NCBI GenBank assembly: GCA_964016885.1
Contig: OZ024746.1
Coordinates: 47,182,001 to 47,246,000, forward strand
DNA from: Eledone cirrhosa
Taxonomy: Eukaryota
Length of the DNA stretch: 64,000 nt
Reading direction: 5' to 3'
Both the position numbers and the translations under genes were made by a program. The notes under the pieces were generated by a model that searched no databases, had not been told where the DNA came from, and worked only from the letters and a program-made list of their open reading frames with translations. Shown in pieces: positions 1-11,434 of the stretch (positions within the stretch are counted from its first letter, which is position 1; each line of letters begins with the position of its first letter).

Positions 1-379
1 ATCAAGATTAATGTCTGAACTCTTCAGCAGCTTTCCTCTGGTGAACGTTGCTTTGGCGCATTTATCTAGTCCAAACTCCATTTTAATGTCATCACTGAAC
101 TGCTTCACATAATAGCCCTTGCAATTGTTCATCATTTTTTGCAAATAGTTTCAGGTCATCCATGTAGAACAGGTGATTAATGGTTTTGTCATAGACTTTA
201 TATCCATGTTTTGTTTCATTGAGCATTTTACTTAATGGTATAAGTGCGATGCAGAATAAAAGCGGTGATAAAGAGTCACCCTGAAAAATTCCACACTTAA
301 TATTAACTTCTCCAGCTTCCAGTGATTTTGTTTCACTATTCAAAAGGAGTGTCGTTTTCCATGTCTTCATACTGAATGA
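1..379 (-). mobile_element. R4/Dong family B, 5'-truncated RT fragment (continues off window start)
   Basis: Encodes GIFQGDSLSPLLF and FYMDDLK; near-identical to 7950-8335; small deletion near 105-110 causes a frameshift; abuts (TTA)n at ~383. Confidence 0.9.
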
Positions 380-399
380 TACTTATTATTATTATTATC

Positions 400-1373
400 A
401 TTGTTATTCCTTGAATCTCAGTCATTGATGTTGGTTAACTGGAAAGTCCGTTGGATTGAATATCAAGCCACTACCTGCAGCCTCAGATATTCAGGACGTA
501 TCGGAGGGTTCTTGCTGTTCCAAGCAAGCATGCCTTTTGAAGCGTTCCAAAAAGCGTGAAGGGGCCGATTTTCTTCAACCATCCCTGGAAACTTTTGGAG
601 ATAGTCCCCAGTGCGCCTATGACAATCGGGATCACTTTGACTTCATGGCAGTTCCAAATCCTTTTCACCTCCCACTTTAGGTCCTGGTATCGGTTAATTT
701 TCTCCCTCTCCTTCTCTTGCACTCTCGTGTCGAACGGGCAGGCCACATCCACAATCAGACACGATCTTTTTTCTTTGTCCACAACCACCAAGTCAGGTCT
801 ATTGTGTTCCAGTTTTTTGTCCGTCTGTATCCTAAAATCCCACAGCACCTTCACCTGATTGTTCTCCATCACCGCCTCTGGCCTATGCTCATACCATTTC
901 TCAGAATGTGGTAAATTGTTTACTTTGCACAGGTGCCAGTGGATCACCCTGCCCATCACATCGTGTCTCCAGCCCTTATAGTGGGTCTGGGCTAGGTGTT
1001 TACACTCGGACACAATGTGAGCCACAGTCTCCTCTCTCTCTCCACAGATCCTGCACAGTGGGCTAGCCTCCTCCTTGTAAATATGGTGCTTCAACCACTT
1101 CGTTTTGAGGGCCTGCTCCTGCGCAGCCATTAGCATTCCTTCTGTAGCCTTTTTGAGGTCTCCTCTTCTCAACCAGTTCCATGTCTGTGGATCTCTAAAT
1201 TCAGTTTTCTCAAAGAAGGTACTATGAAGGGATTTTCCCTTAAGGCTGCTCTTCCTCCTTGATGTTATTTCCTCCTTGGACATCCCCTGGCCTACTGTCC
1301 CCTCCTTCAGTACAGTTCTGAGCATTGGCTCCTTACTATAGGTCACGTATTTGTATAGGTTGTTTTTCTCCAT
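400..1373 (-). mobile_element. R4/Dong family A, 5'-truncated copy (CCHC + restriction-like endonuclease + 3' UTR)
   Basis: ORF 483-1373 matches the C-terminal 296 aa of the full family A ORF; flanked by (TTA)n on both sides. Confidence 0.95.
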
Positions 1374-1399
1374 TTATTATTATTATTATTATTATTATT

Positions 1400-4300
1400 G
1401 TTATCGTTATTCCTTGAATCTCAGTCATTGATGTTGGTTAACTGGAAAGTCCGTTGGATTGAATATCAAGCCATTACCTGCAGCCTCAGATATTCAGGAC
1501 GTATCGGAGGGTTCTTGCTGTTCCAAGCAAGCATGCCTTTTGAAGCGTTCCAAAAAGCGTGAAGGGGCCGATTTTCTTTAACCATCCCTGGAAACCTTTG
1601 GAGATAGTCCCCAGTGCGCCTATGACAATCGGGATCACTTTGACTTCATGGCAGTTCCAAATCCTTTTCACCTCCCACTTTAGGTCCTGGTATCGGCTAA
1701 TTTTCTCCCTCTCCTTCTCTTGCACTCTCGTGTCGAACGGGCAGGCCACATCCGCAATCAGGCACGATCTTTTTTCTTTGTCCACAACCACCAGGTCAGG
1801 TCTATTGTGTTCCAGTTTTTTGTCCGTCTGTATCCTAAAATCCCACAGCACCTTCACCGGACTGTTCTCCATCACCGCCTCTGGCCTATGCTCATACCAT
1901 TTCTCAGAATGTGGTAGATTGTTTACTTTGCACAGCTGCCAGTGGATCACCCTGCCCATCACATCGTGTCTCCAGCCCTTATAGTGGGTCTGGGCTAGGT
2001 GTTTACACTCGGACACAATGTGAGCCACAGTCTCCTCTCTCTCTCCACAGATCCTGCACAGTGGGCTAGCCTCCTCCTTGTAGATATGGTGCTTCAACCA
2101 CTTCGTTTTGAGGGCCTGCTCCTGCACAGCCATTAGCATTCCTTCTGTAGCCTTTTTGAGGTCTCCTCTTCTCAACCAGTTCCATGTCTGTGGATCTCTA
2201 AACTCAGTTTTCTCAAAGAAGGTACTATGAAGGGATTTTCCCTTAAGGCTGCTCTTCCTCCTTGATGTTATTTCCTCGTTGGACATCCCCTGGCCTACTG
2301 TCCCCTCCTTCAGTACAGTTCTGAGCATTGGCTCCTTACTATAGGTCACGTATTTGTATAGGTTGTTTTTCTCCATCTGAACACAGTCCTCTATGCTGAT
2401 AAGACCTCTTCCACCCTCAGATCTCCTTAGGTAGAGTCTATCGACATCACTCCTCTTGTGGAACATGTTGTAGATAGTCAATAGCTTCCTAGTCTTCCTA
2501 TCCATTTCTTTTTGTTCAGCAACATTCCATCTCAGAATTCCCGCACTGTACCTAATAATGGACACAGCTCGGGAATTTACTGCGCTTATGGCATTTCTGC
2601 TGTTCAGATGTGACTTCAATACGCTCCTTACTCTCCGAGTGTATTCAGTTCTTAACAATTCCTTCATTTTTTTGTTCTTTATGCCATCAGCCTCCAGAAC
2701 GCCCAAATACTTGTATCCTTCCTCAGAGTCAATTTCCTTTATCATCTCACCTGTTGGTATCTGGATCCCGTTACTTCTGCTCAACCTACCCCTCTTCATC
2801 ACAATGACTCCACATTTACCAATTCCAAACTGCATACATATATCACTGCTGAAAATACGGACAGTGTCAACAAGCACATCCAACTCCTTCTCACTTTTCC
2901 CGAAGAGCTTAAGATCGTCCATGAAGAGGAGGTGATTGATGGTGAGCTCTCCCCTTCCCAACTTGTATCCTGCTCTCACTTTTCGCAGCATAATGGTCAA
3001 GGGCATCAGGGCAAGGACAAACAACAGAGGGGACAGGCTATCTCCCTGGAAGATACCTCTCTTGATCTTCACGCTTCCCAAGGATACTCCAGTTGATGTC
3101 AACTCTGTCTCCCAGGACCCCATACTCCTGCCCAGCAACTGTCTGATGTTATCTGCCACCCTGAAGACCTCCAGGCTTTTGGTGATCCATGAATGAGGCA
3201 CCATGTCAAATGCCTTTCTGTAGTCTATCCATCCCATGGCAAGATCAGTGTGTCTCCTCCTGCAATTCCCCATTACCATCTTATCAATAAGCAACTGGTC
3301 CTTTGTACCACGTGACTTCTTTCGGCATCCTTTCTGTTCGTCCGGTAACAAGTTGTTTGTGTGGAGGTGATGGTAGATTTCCTCAGACACAATGCTCGTC
3401 AACAGTTTCCACATTACGGGCAGACATGTGATAGGTCTATAGTTGGTAACATCATTACCCTTGATTCGGTCTTTCATTATCAGAACTGTGGTACCTTTTG
3501 TCAACCACTCTGGCACCTCACCCGACACCAAGCAGTCATTGAACATGGCCGTCAGCTTCGGGTGGAGGGATGTTAAATGTTTAATCCAATACCCCTGCAC
3601 ACCATCTGGGCCTGGTGATTTCCAGTTGGTTAGTTTTTTGGCTTGCCCCTTAAGAGTTTCAACTGTGATACTCAAATCAGTCTGTTGTTGTGCCTTCTCA
3701 CCGATCTCCCTCTGTACTGTCTCAATCCACCCTGCCTGGGCATTGTGTCTAACATCCTGCTCCCATATTCCTCTCCAGAATGTTTTAGCTTGTTCCGCCC
3801 CAGGGATCAAGTCGTTGCCTCTTTCTTTCCCCTCAAGTTGTCCAAACAGCATCTTCTGGTTGTTGTCGAACATGCGGTTCTGTTTATACTGACTGACTCT
3901 GTTCTCGTATCGCCTGATTTTGGCACTCTTTGCTACAATGCGTTGCTTCAATTCCTCTATGATAATATTTAGCTTTTTACTCCTAGTTTTGTATTTTATT
4001 TCCAGTCTATTTTTAGTGCCTATGTTTTTTAGTGTCCCATTCAGTAGTGACTCAAGCTTTCCTATGTCATTTCTCATTTCCCCGATTTGCCCACTCAGTC
4101 GCTTCTTCCACCACGGCTCTGCTCTTTCTTGTCTGTTGTTTCCTCTCGCTTTTATACCAAGTAGTTTCCTCACCGTATTTGCTGTTGCTTTGAGGATATT
4201 GTTGCACTGGTGAAGACTCCTCGCCTCAAGGTATGGGATGACTTTGTTTACCTTAGCTGTTGTTTCTTTTAACTTTTTCCTGTCTACAAATCTTAGGTTC

Positions 4301-5965
4301 ATAGGTCTCCCACTATCATTGTTCAATTCATCTACCACTAGATTTAGGATGTCAACCGAATCTTGTCCTAGCCCGTCAGCATTCATCCCCTCAGTGGCCG
4401 TATCTCTGTTCCAGGTATTATTTATCTCAGTATTCAGATCATTGTCTGCTTCGGGTGGTTCCTCCGTTCTCAGGACCTCCTCACCTTCATTTCCCACCGG
4501 CTCGCTTGTCTGGCATACTACACCCGCCATCTCCAAGCCATTCTCTCTGCTCAGTTCCTCCAGTTCCAGCTCGCTTATCCACGCATTAGTTCTTATTACC
4601 CGAGCCTGCCCGGCCAATTTTTGTTCATCTAATTTAAATAAACCAATCTCGTTCCAGATGTTATGCATCCGTCTCCTATAGCCCTTCTCCTTGGGGTTAC
4701 TTTTCAGGTAGCATTGCATAACAGTTCTATTCAATTCTTTCGTCCAGTTGGTTCTGGCCCCTTTCCTTCTTCTTCTTCCTCCAACATCAGCAGTATTTGG
4801 TTGACAGTCAGGTTCCTGCTGCTGAGCCAGGGGGCACCTGTTGGGTGAGAGTCTGTCACATGACGTTCTAGTCTCCATTTCACCGTTATTCGAACTGTTT
4901 ATGTTCGATATTTAAACACTCTTATCGAGGATTGGCGAATGTATGTTTACATAGCCATCTGTGGATCCGCCATCCCACTTGGTCCTTGTGTGGCATTATC
5001 ACCACGCTGTATACGAACACACATAAACAAACAAACACACGGGCAGAAAGGGCCCCAAAAATGAATAAGCATAAGTTTCATTGTAATGTAGTATTCGAAT
5101 GTCTGACTTAGTTTTTGTTTTTTAAGTTTTACTTTTTCCCCCCTCTTCTCTGTCCGTCCGCCTGCTTCTCTCTTCATTCTTATTTTCTTTACGTTTTGGG
5201 GGTTTCTTTTTTTGTTTTTGTTTTTCTCTGTTTGTTTTTCTCGTTTTTTGCTGTTGTTGCTGTGCTGCTTTGGTTTTGTTGTTTGTTTTTTCTTTTTTCT
5301 TTTGAGTCTATCTATATATTTTGATGCCTTCCTCTTTTTTAGTAGTAGGGATTCTATAATGTGGAAGTAGTAGTAGCAGCCAGCAGGGAGAAGTGGGAGA
5401 GGGCGGCGTTGGCGATACTGAGACAGTGGTGGTGGTGATGTCGATACCGAGGCAGTGGTGGCGGTGATGCGACCATATTACTGTAGTGATGGTGCTGTAG
5501 CGGTGGCAGCAGCAGTGAAGGAGTCAAGGGGTGGTGGCGGCGGTGATGGGATAGTGGTGGTAATGATGGCCGTAGTGAGCGGTGGCGGTGAAGGTGAAAA
5601 TGCTGTTGTGTTTAGTGTACACAGATGATGGGGTGGGTGGTGTATCTAGTTTCTGGTGTTGGTGAGTTTAGCTGTCCTATATAGTGTAGCCAGAGGAGAG
5701 GAGGGGGGGGGGAGTTCTTCTTCCATTTATAGCCATTTTTTTTTTTTTTTTTGGATATACAGTGTACAATACAAAGTTGAATATTTGAATATTTCAGCCT
5801 TATAACAATATATTTTGGGTCCGAATTTTTTGGGGCTTAAGCCGGGTGCTTTACGTAGCATTTGTACTAAGAGTTGTTATTTCACAAATGATTTAAATAT
5901 GTTAAAAATTCAAAACTTACGGGAGCGATTTCATGGCCTCCGTCACCTCGTGCGTCTTCTTCCCT
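1400..5965 (-). mobile_element. Full-length R4/Dong family A non-LTR retrotransposon, copy A1
   Basis: ~1.1-kb 5' UTR, single ORF, short 3' UTR running into (TAA)n on the element sense strand; (TTA)n at both ends. Confidence 0.95.
1486..4878 (-). CDS. R4/Dong-type protein, 1130 aa: N-terminal Myb-like region, RT, CCHC zinc knuckle, PD-(D/E)xK endonuclease
   Basis: KSPGPDG, NYRPITCL, DYRKAFD, QGDSLSPLLF, FMDD; CRICGEREETVAHIVSEC; RHD and RPD..D..P..EK..RY motifs; uninterrupted. Confidence 0.95.
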   Translation of the reverse strand: METRTSCDRLSPNRCPLAQQQEPDCQPNTADVGGRRRRKGARTNWTKELNRTVMQCYLKSNPKEKGYRRRMHNIWNEIGLFKLDEQKLAGQARVIRTNAWISELELEELSRENGLEMAGVVCQTSEPVGNEGEEVLRTEEPPEADNDLNTEINNTWNRDTATEGMNADGLGQDSVDILNLVVDELNNDSGRPMNLRFVDRKKLKETTAKVNKVIPYLEARSLHQCNNILKATANTVRKLLGIKARGNNRQERAEPWWKKRLSGQIGEMRNDIGKLESLLNGTLKNIGTKNRLEIKYKTRSKKLNIIIEELKQRIVAKSAKIRRYENRVSQYKQNRMFDNNQKMLFGQLEGKERGNDLIPGAEQAKTFWRGIWEQDVRHNAQAGWIETVQREIGEKAQQQTDLSITVETLKGQAKKLTNWKSPGPDGVQGYWIKHLTSLHPKLTAMFNDCLVSGEVPEWLTKGTTVLIMKDRIKGNDVTNYRPITCLPVMWKLLTSIVSEEIYHHLHTNNLLPDEQKGCRKKSRGTKDQLLIDKMVMGNCRRRHTDLAMGWIDYRKAFDMVPHSWITKSLEVFRVADNIRQLLGRSMGSWETELTSTGVSLGSVKIKRGIFQGDSLSPLLFVLALMPLTIMLRKVRAGYKLGRGELTINHLLFMDDLKLFGKSEKELDVLVDTVRIFSSDICMQFGIGKCGVIVMKRGRLSRSNGIQIPTGEMIKEIDSEEGYKYLGVLEADGIKNKKMKELLRTEYTRRVRSVLKSHLNSRNAISAVNSRAVSIIRYSAGILRWNVAEQKEMDRKTRKLLTIYNMFHKRSDVDRLYLRRSEGGRGLISIEDCVQMEKNNLYKYVTYSKEPMLRTVLKEGTVGQGMSNEEITSRRKSSLKGKSLHSTFFEKTEFRDPQTWNWLRRGDLKKATEGMLMAVQEQALKTKWLKHHIYKEEASPLCRICGEREETVAHIVSECKHLAQTHYKGWRHDVMGRVIHWQLCKVNNLPHSEKWYEHRPEAVMENSPVKVLWDFRIQTDKKLEHNRPDLVVVDKEKRSCLIADVACPFDTRVQEKEREKISRYQDLKWEVKRIWNCHEVKVIPIVIGALGTISKGFQGWLKKIGPFTLFGTLQKACLLGTARTLRYVLNI

Positions 5966-6025
5966 AATTATTATTATTATTATTATTATTATTATAATTA
6001 TTATTATTATTATTAATATTATTAA

Positions 6026-6210
6026 GGGCTGTGGATTGGCAGTATCGGGAGAAGGTCGGACGCCATGCTTTCAGCATAGTTACGTCCCTTTACGATCTGA
6101 GTTCAAATCCCGCCGAGGTTGACTTTGCCATTCATCCTTACGGGGTCGATAAAATAAGTTACCAGTAATGCACTGGGTAATTGCTGGCCTTGTGCCTAAA
6201 GTAGAAACAA
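6026..6210 (+). mobile_element. tRNA-derived SINE (local family S1) with (ATT)n tail
   Basis: A-box-like TGGCAGTATCGG, B-box GAGTTCAAATCC, shared CATCCTTACGGGGTCGATAAAATAA core; multiple copies in the window. Confidence 0.85.
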
Positions 6211-6233
6211 TTATTATTATTATTATTATTATT

Positions 6234-6394
6234 ACAGCTGCATTTATCTTGCTTTATGTTCATACGAGTTATCACCAAGTCACAACCAGTGACCTCAAGA
6301 GACAACAAGGTCCGCCATGTTCAAGAAAGAACATTCATACTCACACATGCATCTTTAGTGTTTAGACTTGTGATGTACTTATATTGACAGAATC

Positions 6395-6396
<2 letters not shown>
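6234..6396 (-). mobile_element. Family B extreme 3' end (~160-bp truncated insertion)
   Basis: Near-identical to 6424-6586; bounded by (TTA)n. Confidence 0.9.
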
Positions 6397-6423
<27 letters not shown>

Positions 6424-6425
<2 letters not shown>

Positions 6426-9400
6426 AGTTGCATTTATCTTGCTTTATGTTCATACGAGTTATCACCAAGTCACAACCAGTGACCTCAAGAGACAACAAGG
6501 TCCGCCATGTTCAAGAAAGAACATACATATTCACACATGCATCTTTAGTGTTTAGACTTGTGATGTACTTATATTGACAGAATCTTCCTTAGTATATGGG
6601 CAGTTCCCATTAGTACTATCTTTTGTATTTCTCCTATACGCGGGTTTCCTGGGATTTGCGATATGTAATCATTAGACCCCTTAGGTATCATTCCCAGAGC
6701 GCCTACAACCACTGATATTGTTTTAGTTCTCAATTTCCACATTTTTCCAATTTCTATCTCCATGTCCTTATACTTGCCCAATTTTTCAAATGTTTATATA
6801 GATACATGCTTGTCTATTGGAACAGACATATCAATTAGCAGGCATACCCTCTTTTTAAAGTCCTTCAATATTATATCAGGTCTATTTGCATCTATTTTTC
6901 GGTCTGTTTAGATGCTAAAGTTCCACAAGATTGAGATGTGATCTTTTTCAAGTATGGGAGGTGGTTGATGCTCCTACCAATTCTTTTGATGGGGCAGGTC
7001 AAAATTCTTACACATTATCCAATGTATGTATAGTGCAGCTCTGTCATGCCTGTTTAGGTATTCGGTTGAAGCTATAGGACTGCACATTGAAATTATATGG
7101 TCAATGGTCTCTGGTTGTTTTTTGCATACACGGCATAATGGGCTGCATCCATTTTTTTATTATGTTGGCTTGGTAATTTTTTGTTGGCAGACACTGATCT
7201 TGTGCTGATATAATCAGTCCTTCAGTCTCCGATTTCAGTCCAGAGGATGCCAACCACTGATGGGTTAAAGTTTTGTCAACATCAGGATTGTTAGCTCGCT
7301 CTGGGTATTTTCCATACAGAGGCTTTTCTTGCCATTTCTTAGCCAGTTTCTGTAGCAGTTCTTTCTTTGCAGTTACTTTTACCTGCTTTGCTTTTTCTGT
7401 GTTTTCCATTTCAGTAGTAAATGGGACTTCTGAAATTTGTAGTCCATTACTGTATCTTTGTGCATCTTTTGTAATGGAATATGATCTTTTGATGCTTTCG
7501 TGTTTCAAAACGAGTTTGATCATCCAATCATGTGATTCCCTTAGATATGTAGATAATCCAATTGTTGCAGTTTTCAACGCAATGTCTAACTGGATTAACC
7601 CACGTCCTCCTTCTTTCCTAGGGAGATATATTCTATCTATATCTGCCTTAGGGTGATGCATTCTGTGCATGGTTAAGAATTTTCGAATTTTTGTATCGAG
7701 CCTACGGATCTCTGTGCTTGACCAGTTGATGACATTGTAACTGTAGGTTACTACTGGTATGGCAAGCGTGTTTATGGTATCGATCCTATTCCTTGCATTC
7801 AATTCCGTTCTTAAGATTGCTCTTACTCTGCGGTAACATTCCTTCCTTATCCTTTGCCTCATTGTCGAGTGCATGATTCCGTCTCCTTCACAAACACCTA
7901 GATATTTGTAAGTTTTTTTCTTGATCAAGTTCTCTTATCACGTTCCCCCGATCAAGATTAATGTCTGAACACTTCAGCAGCTTTCCTCTGGTGAACGTTG
8001 CTTTGGCGCATTTATCTAGTCCAAACTCCATTTTAATGTTATCACTGAACTGCTCCACAGTGGATAATAGCCCTTGCAATTGTTCATCATTTTTTGCAAA
8101 TAGTTTCAGGTCATCCATGTAGAACAGGTGATTAATGGTTTTGTCATAGACTTTATATCCATGTTTTGTTTCATTGAGCATTTTACTTAATGGTATAAGT
8201 GCGATGCAGAATAAAAGCGGTGATAAAGAGTCACCCTGAACAATTCCACAATTAATATTAACTTCTCCAGCTTCCAGTGATTTTGTTTCACTATTCAAAA
8301 GGAGTGTCGTTTTCCATGTCTTCATACTGAATGACAAAAACCTCCTGATAACGGGGAATATTTTGAAAATCTCTAAACATTTTTCAATCCAACTGTGTGG
8401 CAAACTATCGAATGCTTTTTTTATAATCTATCCAAGCAATCGATAGATTTTTGTGTCTATTATGACAATCTTCCAGTATCATTTTGTTAACCAGAAGCTG
8501 ATCCTTACAGCCATATGAGCCTCGTTTACACCCTTTCTGCTCAATGGGAAATAGGTCATTTGTTATCAGGTGGTCATATGTGTATTCAGTTAGGACTGAT
8601 GTTAAAATTTTATACATTGTGATCAAGCAAGTTATCGGTCTGTAATTTTTGGGATTGTTTGTCTCATCATTCTTCGGAAGCAGGAATGTAATGCCGTTAA
8701 CTAGCCATGATGGTATCTTTTCTGGCTCCTTAACTATTTCATTGTAAAGTTGGGCTAACAGCTCATGAGACTCTGTGAAGGCATTTATCCAAAAGTTTTG
8801 TATTTTGTCTTTTCCTGGGGATTTCCATTTGCTGGTCTTTCTTAGAGCCAAGCGCAACTGTTCAACTGTTATATTTTCCCATATTTGTTCCTCAAGGTGA
8901 GCTGTATCTTTCATTTGTCTGTCTATCCATGGGGCATGTATGTTATGAACTTTTTCTTCGGCCCAGATCTTTTCCCAGAATTCTTGCACTTCCTCCTTGG
9001 CTGGTATTGATTTAGCAGTTATTGTTGACTTACCAATTTTTCTGTAGAAGTTTCTTTGGTTGTTTTTGAACATATTATTGTCCTTATAGAATCTAGATTG
9101 TTTTTCAAAGCGCCTTATACGAGCAGCTTTGGCCGACACTTTTTGCTTGATTATTTCTATCAGCATGTCTATGTCACATGTTGATTTTATACTGTACTTT
9201 TTTTTCAATTTTCTAAGTTTAGTTTGTTTAACATGTTCACCTACTTTATAGTTTGTTAAGATTTCTATGTCAGATCGGAGAAGATTTATTTGGCGATTGA
9301 TGTTCTCTTGCCAAATAGATTTCTTGTGGGAATTCCTTTGTTTTTTCATCTTCACTCCACATAAGTGAGTGGTGACTTTAGCCGATGCATAATAGAGATG

Positions 9401-11375
9401 ATTTAAATCAGTAATGTTTAGTTTGTTTGTGATGATAATGTTTTTGAGAATTATGTTAGTCTTGTGTATTATCTTTTGGTTCTGTTTGGAGTTCTGGATC
9501 TTAGGGAGGGTGTCTCGTTTCCCCATGTCAGATTCTTTCATTTTCATCCATTCGATCATAATTTCATCCTTCAAGTTGGCAAGTTCATTCTCATTCATTT
9601 CTTTATCATTTACGATCTCATTATTTTCATTTTGAGTTTCATCCTGAGCATGCACTCCCTCCACTTTTTCGATCCTTTCTTTAATTTGTTCTGTTGCCAG
9701 TGATTCCGCCCCAACCCTGGGGTTCGAAGTGTTACAGTTTACCTCGTTTTCACTGACACATGTTTCATTTTCCCTTCGCTGACTTTGTGCTAATAGCTTG
9801 ATCTGATCAATTTCTATATCAGTTAGTAACTTTTTTCTTACAATATTTCTTCGTATATTGGCTAGTTTGTTACTGTCAATATAGCCTCTGTTTTCGGGAT
9901 GTTTCTTTTTCCAGTTGATATATGTCTGTTCTGTATTCGATGTATTTGATGGGTAGTACATGGCAGTGTAGAATGCCTCAAGGACTTCTTTATTATCTTC
10001 TCTTGACCATTTTTCTCTCTTTTTCTTTGGATTTCTTGGTGGTGAGCATGGAGGGCCAACAGTAGGAGTATTCCGGTTATGGGAGGTCTCCAGCTCCGAA
10101 GTGATGGGAAGGTTTGAACCATTAGCTGATTTTTCGACCCCAGTCTGGTTCCTCTCTGAGGGACGCGGCCCTTTTTGACCCGGGTGACGGCCGATCCGTT
10201 ATGAGATTTTATCATTAGACATTTACTTTATTTTGTCGCGTTTTATCCTTATCCGCCAAGGGCTAATCATTTCGTGTTGCCACTTCTAGAACGAGTGTCA
10301 ACCAAGACTAGAGGGGTCGTTCTCCCCTAGAGACACGGCTATTCCTCGCCGGCCGCCATCCCGGTATTTCTTGGTCACGGGGTTTTCTTTTTGTTGTTTT
10401 TTTTAAATTGTTATTATCATGAGTGGTTCCTTAATGTGAGCATTGCGTTGATTAAGAATGAAATTATTAATAAGTGTCTCCACTTCAGGCACAAGGCCAG
10501 CAATCACCCAGTGCATTACAATAATATAATATACTTTTTGCTGTAGTTGCCTGTTATTGTTGTTGGCTATGTCAGTGGTGGTGCCGGGGCTTTTTATATT
10601 GTTGGTGAGGAAGGGGTGAGCCAGTAGTCCCATAGTTTTTGATGTTGACGTTTGGCCGGTGGCCAGGTCACTAAGTCAATCTATTTATATCTTTTGCTAG
10701 CCTCTCCCTTGTCTAGTGATACCGCCACCTTCCCTTTTCTCTCTCAAGTTAACAGAGGAATAGTGGTGGTAGCAATGAAGGAGTGGTGGCGGCGGCGATG
10801 GGATAGTGGTAGCAAGATGATGGATGGGGTGGTAGCGGCGGTGGCTTTGTGGTTACTGGGTTTTGTGATATGTAGTATCTATGAGTTTGTGTTCGTATGT
10901 TTAATATATATTGTGTTGACATATTCCCGTAAAATTGGAATTAAACATTTTGTTAATATTTGAGACAATAATAATAGTAATTATTATTATCATGCCGGGA
11001 TTGATGTTGGTGGTGGTGAAATTGCCGTTATCTGGCTGTTATATTTAGTGTGATGGGATAGGTGGTGTATCAACTTTCTGGTGTTGGTGAAATTGCTGTT
11101 ACTTGGCTGTTCTATATAGTATAGACAGAGGGTGTTTTCTTTCATTTATAACCATTTTCTTTTTTTTTGAATACAAAATATATAATACAAAATTGAATAT
11201 TTGAGCGATATAACAATATAATATGGATCCGAAATTTTATGGGACTTCATTCGGTGGATTATGCAACATTTGTATTAAGAATTGTTATTTCACAATTGAT
11301 TTAAATATGTTAAAAATCAAAATCTTACGGGAGCGATTTCATGACATTCTACCACCTCGTGCGTCTTCTTCCCTT
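6424..11375 (-). mobile_element. Full-length R4/Dong family B, copy B1 (disabled)
   Basis: Same domain order as family A; 5' end at GCGTCTTCTTCCCTT next to (TTA)n. Confidence 0.93.
6569..10222 (-). pseudogene. Family B RT/endonuclease ORF, broken
   Basis: Consensus start MSNDKISY at 10222; TAA at codon 8, frameshifts near 8420, 7915 and 7155, stops near 6975 and 6909; motifs WSREDNK, NYRPITCL, YMDD, CRVC..H..C, RPD. Confidence 0.9.
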
Positions 11376-11381
11376 ATCTCC

Positions 11382-11434
<53 letters not shown>

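Noticed and set aside
10270-10380. Canonical HDV-like ribozyme in the family B leader
   Set aside because: A P1-like G-U start exists, but the would-be catalytic C is T in two of three copies and P2/P3 spacing is non-canonical; kept only as generic structure.
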